Assembly (NCBI GenBank): GCA_028686425.1
Contig: JAQUBZ010000001.1
Span: 50,536 to 114,535 of the forward strand
Direction of reading: 5' to 3'
DNA from: Bacteroidales bacterium
GTDB taxonomy: Bacteria; Bacteroidota; Bacteroidia; Bacteroidales; UBA932
DNA length: 64,000 nt
The position numbers and the translations under genes are program-made. Numbering within the stretch: the stretch's first letter is position 1; every line of letters begins with the position of its first letter. Of the stretch, positions 62,956 to 64,000 are shown one piece after another. The notes beneath the pieces are model-generated. The model did not search any database. It was not told the origin of the DNA and was given only the letters and a program-made list of their open reading frames with translations.

Positions 62956-64000
62956 ATGAAAAAGAATTTTGTTTACATCCTGCTTGTTGTCATTATTGCA
63001 TTTGCCGCTTTGCTTATTTCACAAGGATTGTGGATGCGGTATGCTGTCGATAAGAACATTAAGGATATGAATGAGTCATTTCAGGAGTGCTTTAAGAAAA
63101 CGATATCGGAGACTCTGGCCTATTCCATGTCAAAATACAACATTGAATATGTTACTGATGAGGAGTATGATGAAGTAAAGAAAAAAGAAAATCCGGTTGA
63201 AGTAAATATCAAAAAAGATAGTGAAAAAACTCTTGCCTCAATCAAGATAGAAAATGCCCTGATTGCCTTATCCATACGGGAAGATTCTTTTAAATTCTCA
63301 AAATTGGACACGTTACTGACCAACCAACTCAATAGAGATGGACGTGTGGTATCTTCCTGTATCACACTTGAAGATATAAGTGCAAATAAGATATTGAAAG
63401 AGATCAGGCACGACAACAATGCCAAAAGTACTTCATTATATGTTAACACATATATTGCCGAACGAAAGATTGACGTCTCTTCACAGTCGTATCTGATTAA
63501 AGCAGAATATAAAATCGGGCAATCCGGCTACCTGCAGAAATTGGGCATAGTCGCTATTGTTTCAATTATTGCATCAATTGTGATAGTCTTGGTGCTGTTC
63601 TTCCTGCTTCTTATGATTAATCGGCGTTGTGATGAGATTTCCAATATGGAACGTTCGTTCCATGGGGCCATTCATGATTTGAAATCTCCTCTGGCGTATG
63701 CCTATTTTCAGTTGTTGTCATTAGAGGAAAGGGAAACGGATATGGCCAAAAAAGCATCCCTTTCTATTGCAGCGGACCGCGTGCTCTTTTTGACCAATAA
63801 GATCATGAGGCTGTTGAAATCTGCCCATAATTTTCGCAAAATAGAAAAAACAGATAAAAAAGAGGTTCCTTTGTATGAAATGATGGAGCAGGTCGTGGTT
63901 GAAATGCGCATAATGTTTCCAAATAAAGAGATCAATTTTATAAACAATATTGCAGCGGACTTTACAATACGGGCATTGCCCGACCTTATGGAAGCCTGTC
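62956..64000 (+). CDS. sensor histidine kinase (3' end outside window; absent from the ORF track)
   Basis: I translated it by hand from the ATG at 62956, and it stays open to the window end. Two TM helices and the H-box FHGAIHDLKSPLA (HisKA). Confidence 0.8.
   Translation, partial: MKKNFVYILLVVIIAFAALLISQGLWMRYAVDKNIKDMNESFQECFKKTISETLAYSMSKYNIEYVTDEEYDEVKKKENPVEVNIKKDSEKTLASIKIENALIALSIREDSFKFSKLDTLLTNQLNRDGRVVSSCITLEDISANKILKEIRHDNNAKSTSLYVNTYIAERKIDVSSQSYLIKAEYKIGQSGYLQKLGIVAIVSIIASIVIVLVLFFLLLMINRRCDEISNMERSFHGAIHDLKSPLAYAYFQLLSLEERETDMAKKASLSIAADRVLFLTNKIMRLLKSAHNFRKIEKTDKKEVPLYEMMEQVVVEMRIMFPNKEINFINNIAADFTIRALPDLMEAC

Overview
The window looks like a chromosomal segment from a Bacteroidales-type (Bacteroidota) genome. 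Many genes are preceded by the TAnnTTTG -7 promoter motif, there are no obvious Shine-Dalgarno sites, and the gene content fits: BACON/M64 lipoprotein, GH20, TonB, and the coaX-OMP-TPR-lptC-ppiD synteny.

I support about 49 protein-coding genes, mostly housekeeping:
- aspS, ychF, mutS, rsmA, thyA-folA, mfd, ruvB, frdAB, hflX, mdh
- ybeY-mnmG, gcvH, ruvA, sufS-sufE-DUF59, folK, glyQS

I saw no rRNA, tRNA or CRISPR. One gene is not in the ORF track because it runs off the window end: a sensor histidine kinase at 62956-64000 (+).

The most interesting signals, all read directly from the sequence:
1. An HUH/Y1 (RAYT-like) transposase gene is bracketed by clusters of a structured ~105-nt repeat, a REPtron-like arrangement. 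The same repeat occurs at 8 places between 12.2 and 18.8 kb, with compensatory stem changes.
2. Three copies of that repeat sit in frame inside an endonuclease/exonuclease/phosphatase ORF, between its signal peptide and its catalytic domain.
3. Conserved genes carry a striking number of in-frame insertions, several bracketed by short direct repeats:
   - rsmA twice (14-bp and 16-bp direct repeats)
   - folA (a GC-rich 108-bp tandem repeat)
   - the EEP gene (36-bp tandem repeats)
   - the 3' end of an SNF transporter gene (25-bp perfect direct repeat)
   - frdB (a diverged 66-bp tandem duplication)
4. A small accessory islet holds an AAA+/DUF4143 ATPase, a decayed KilA-N gene and a Fic gene.
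5. An uncharacterised two-gene cassette encodes a 955-aa coiled-coil lipoprotein and a beta-barrel protein.
6. frdAB lacks the usual upstream cytochrome-b gene.

Functional calls rest on motif recognition only. No database search was possible.
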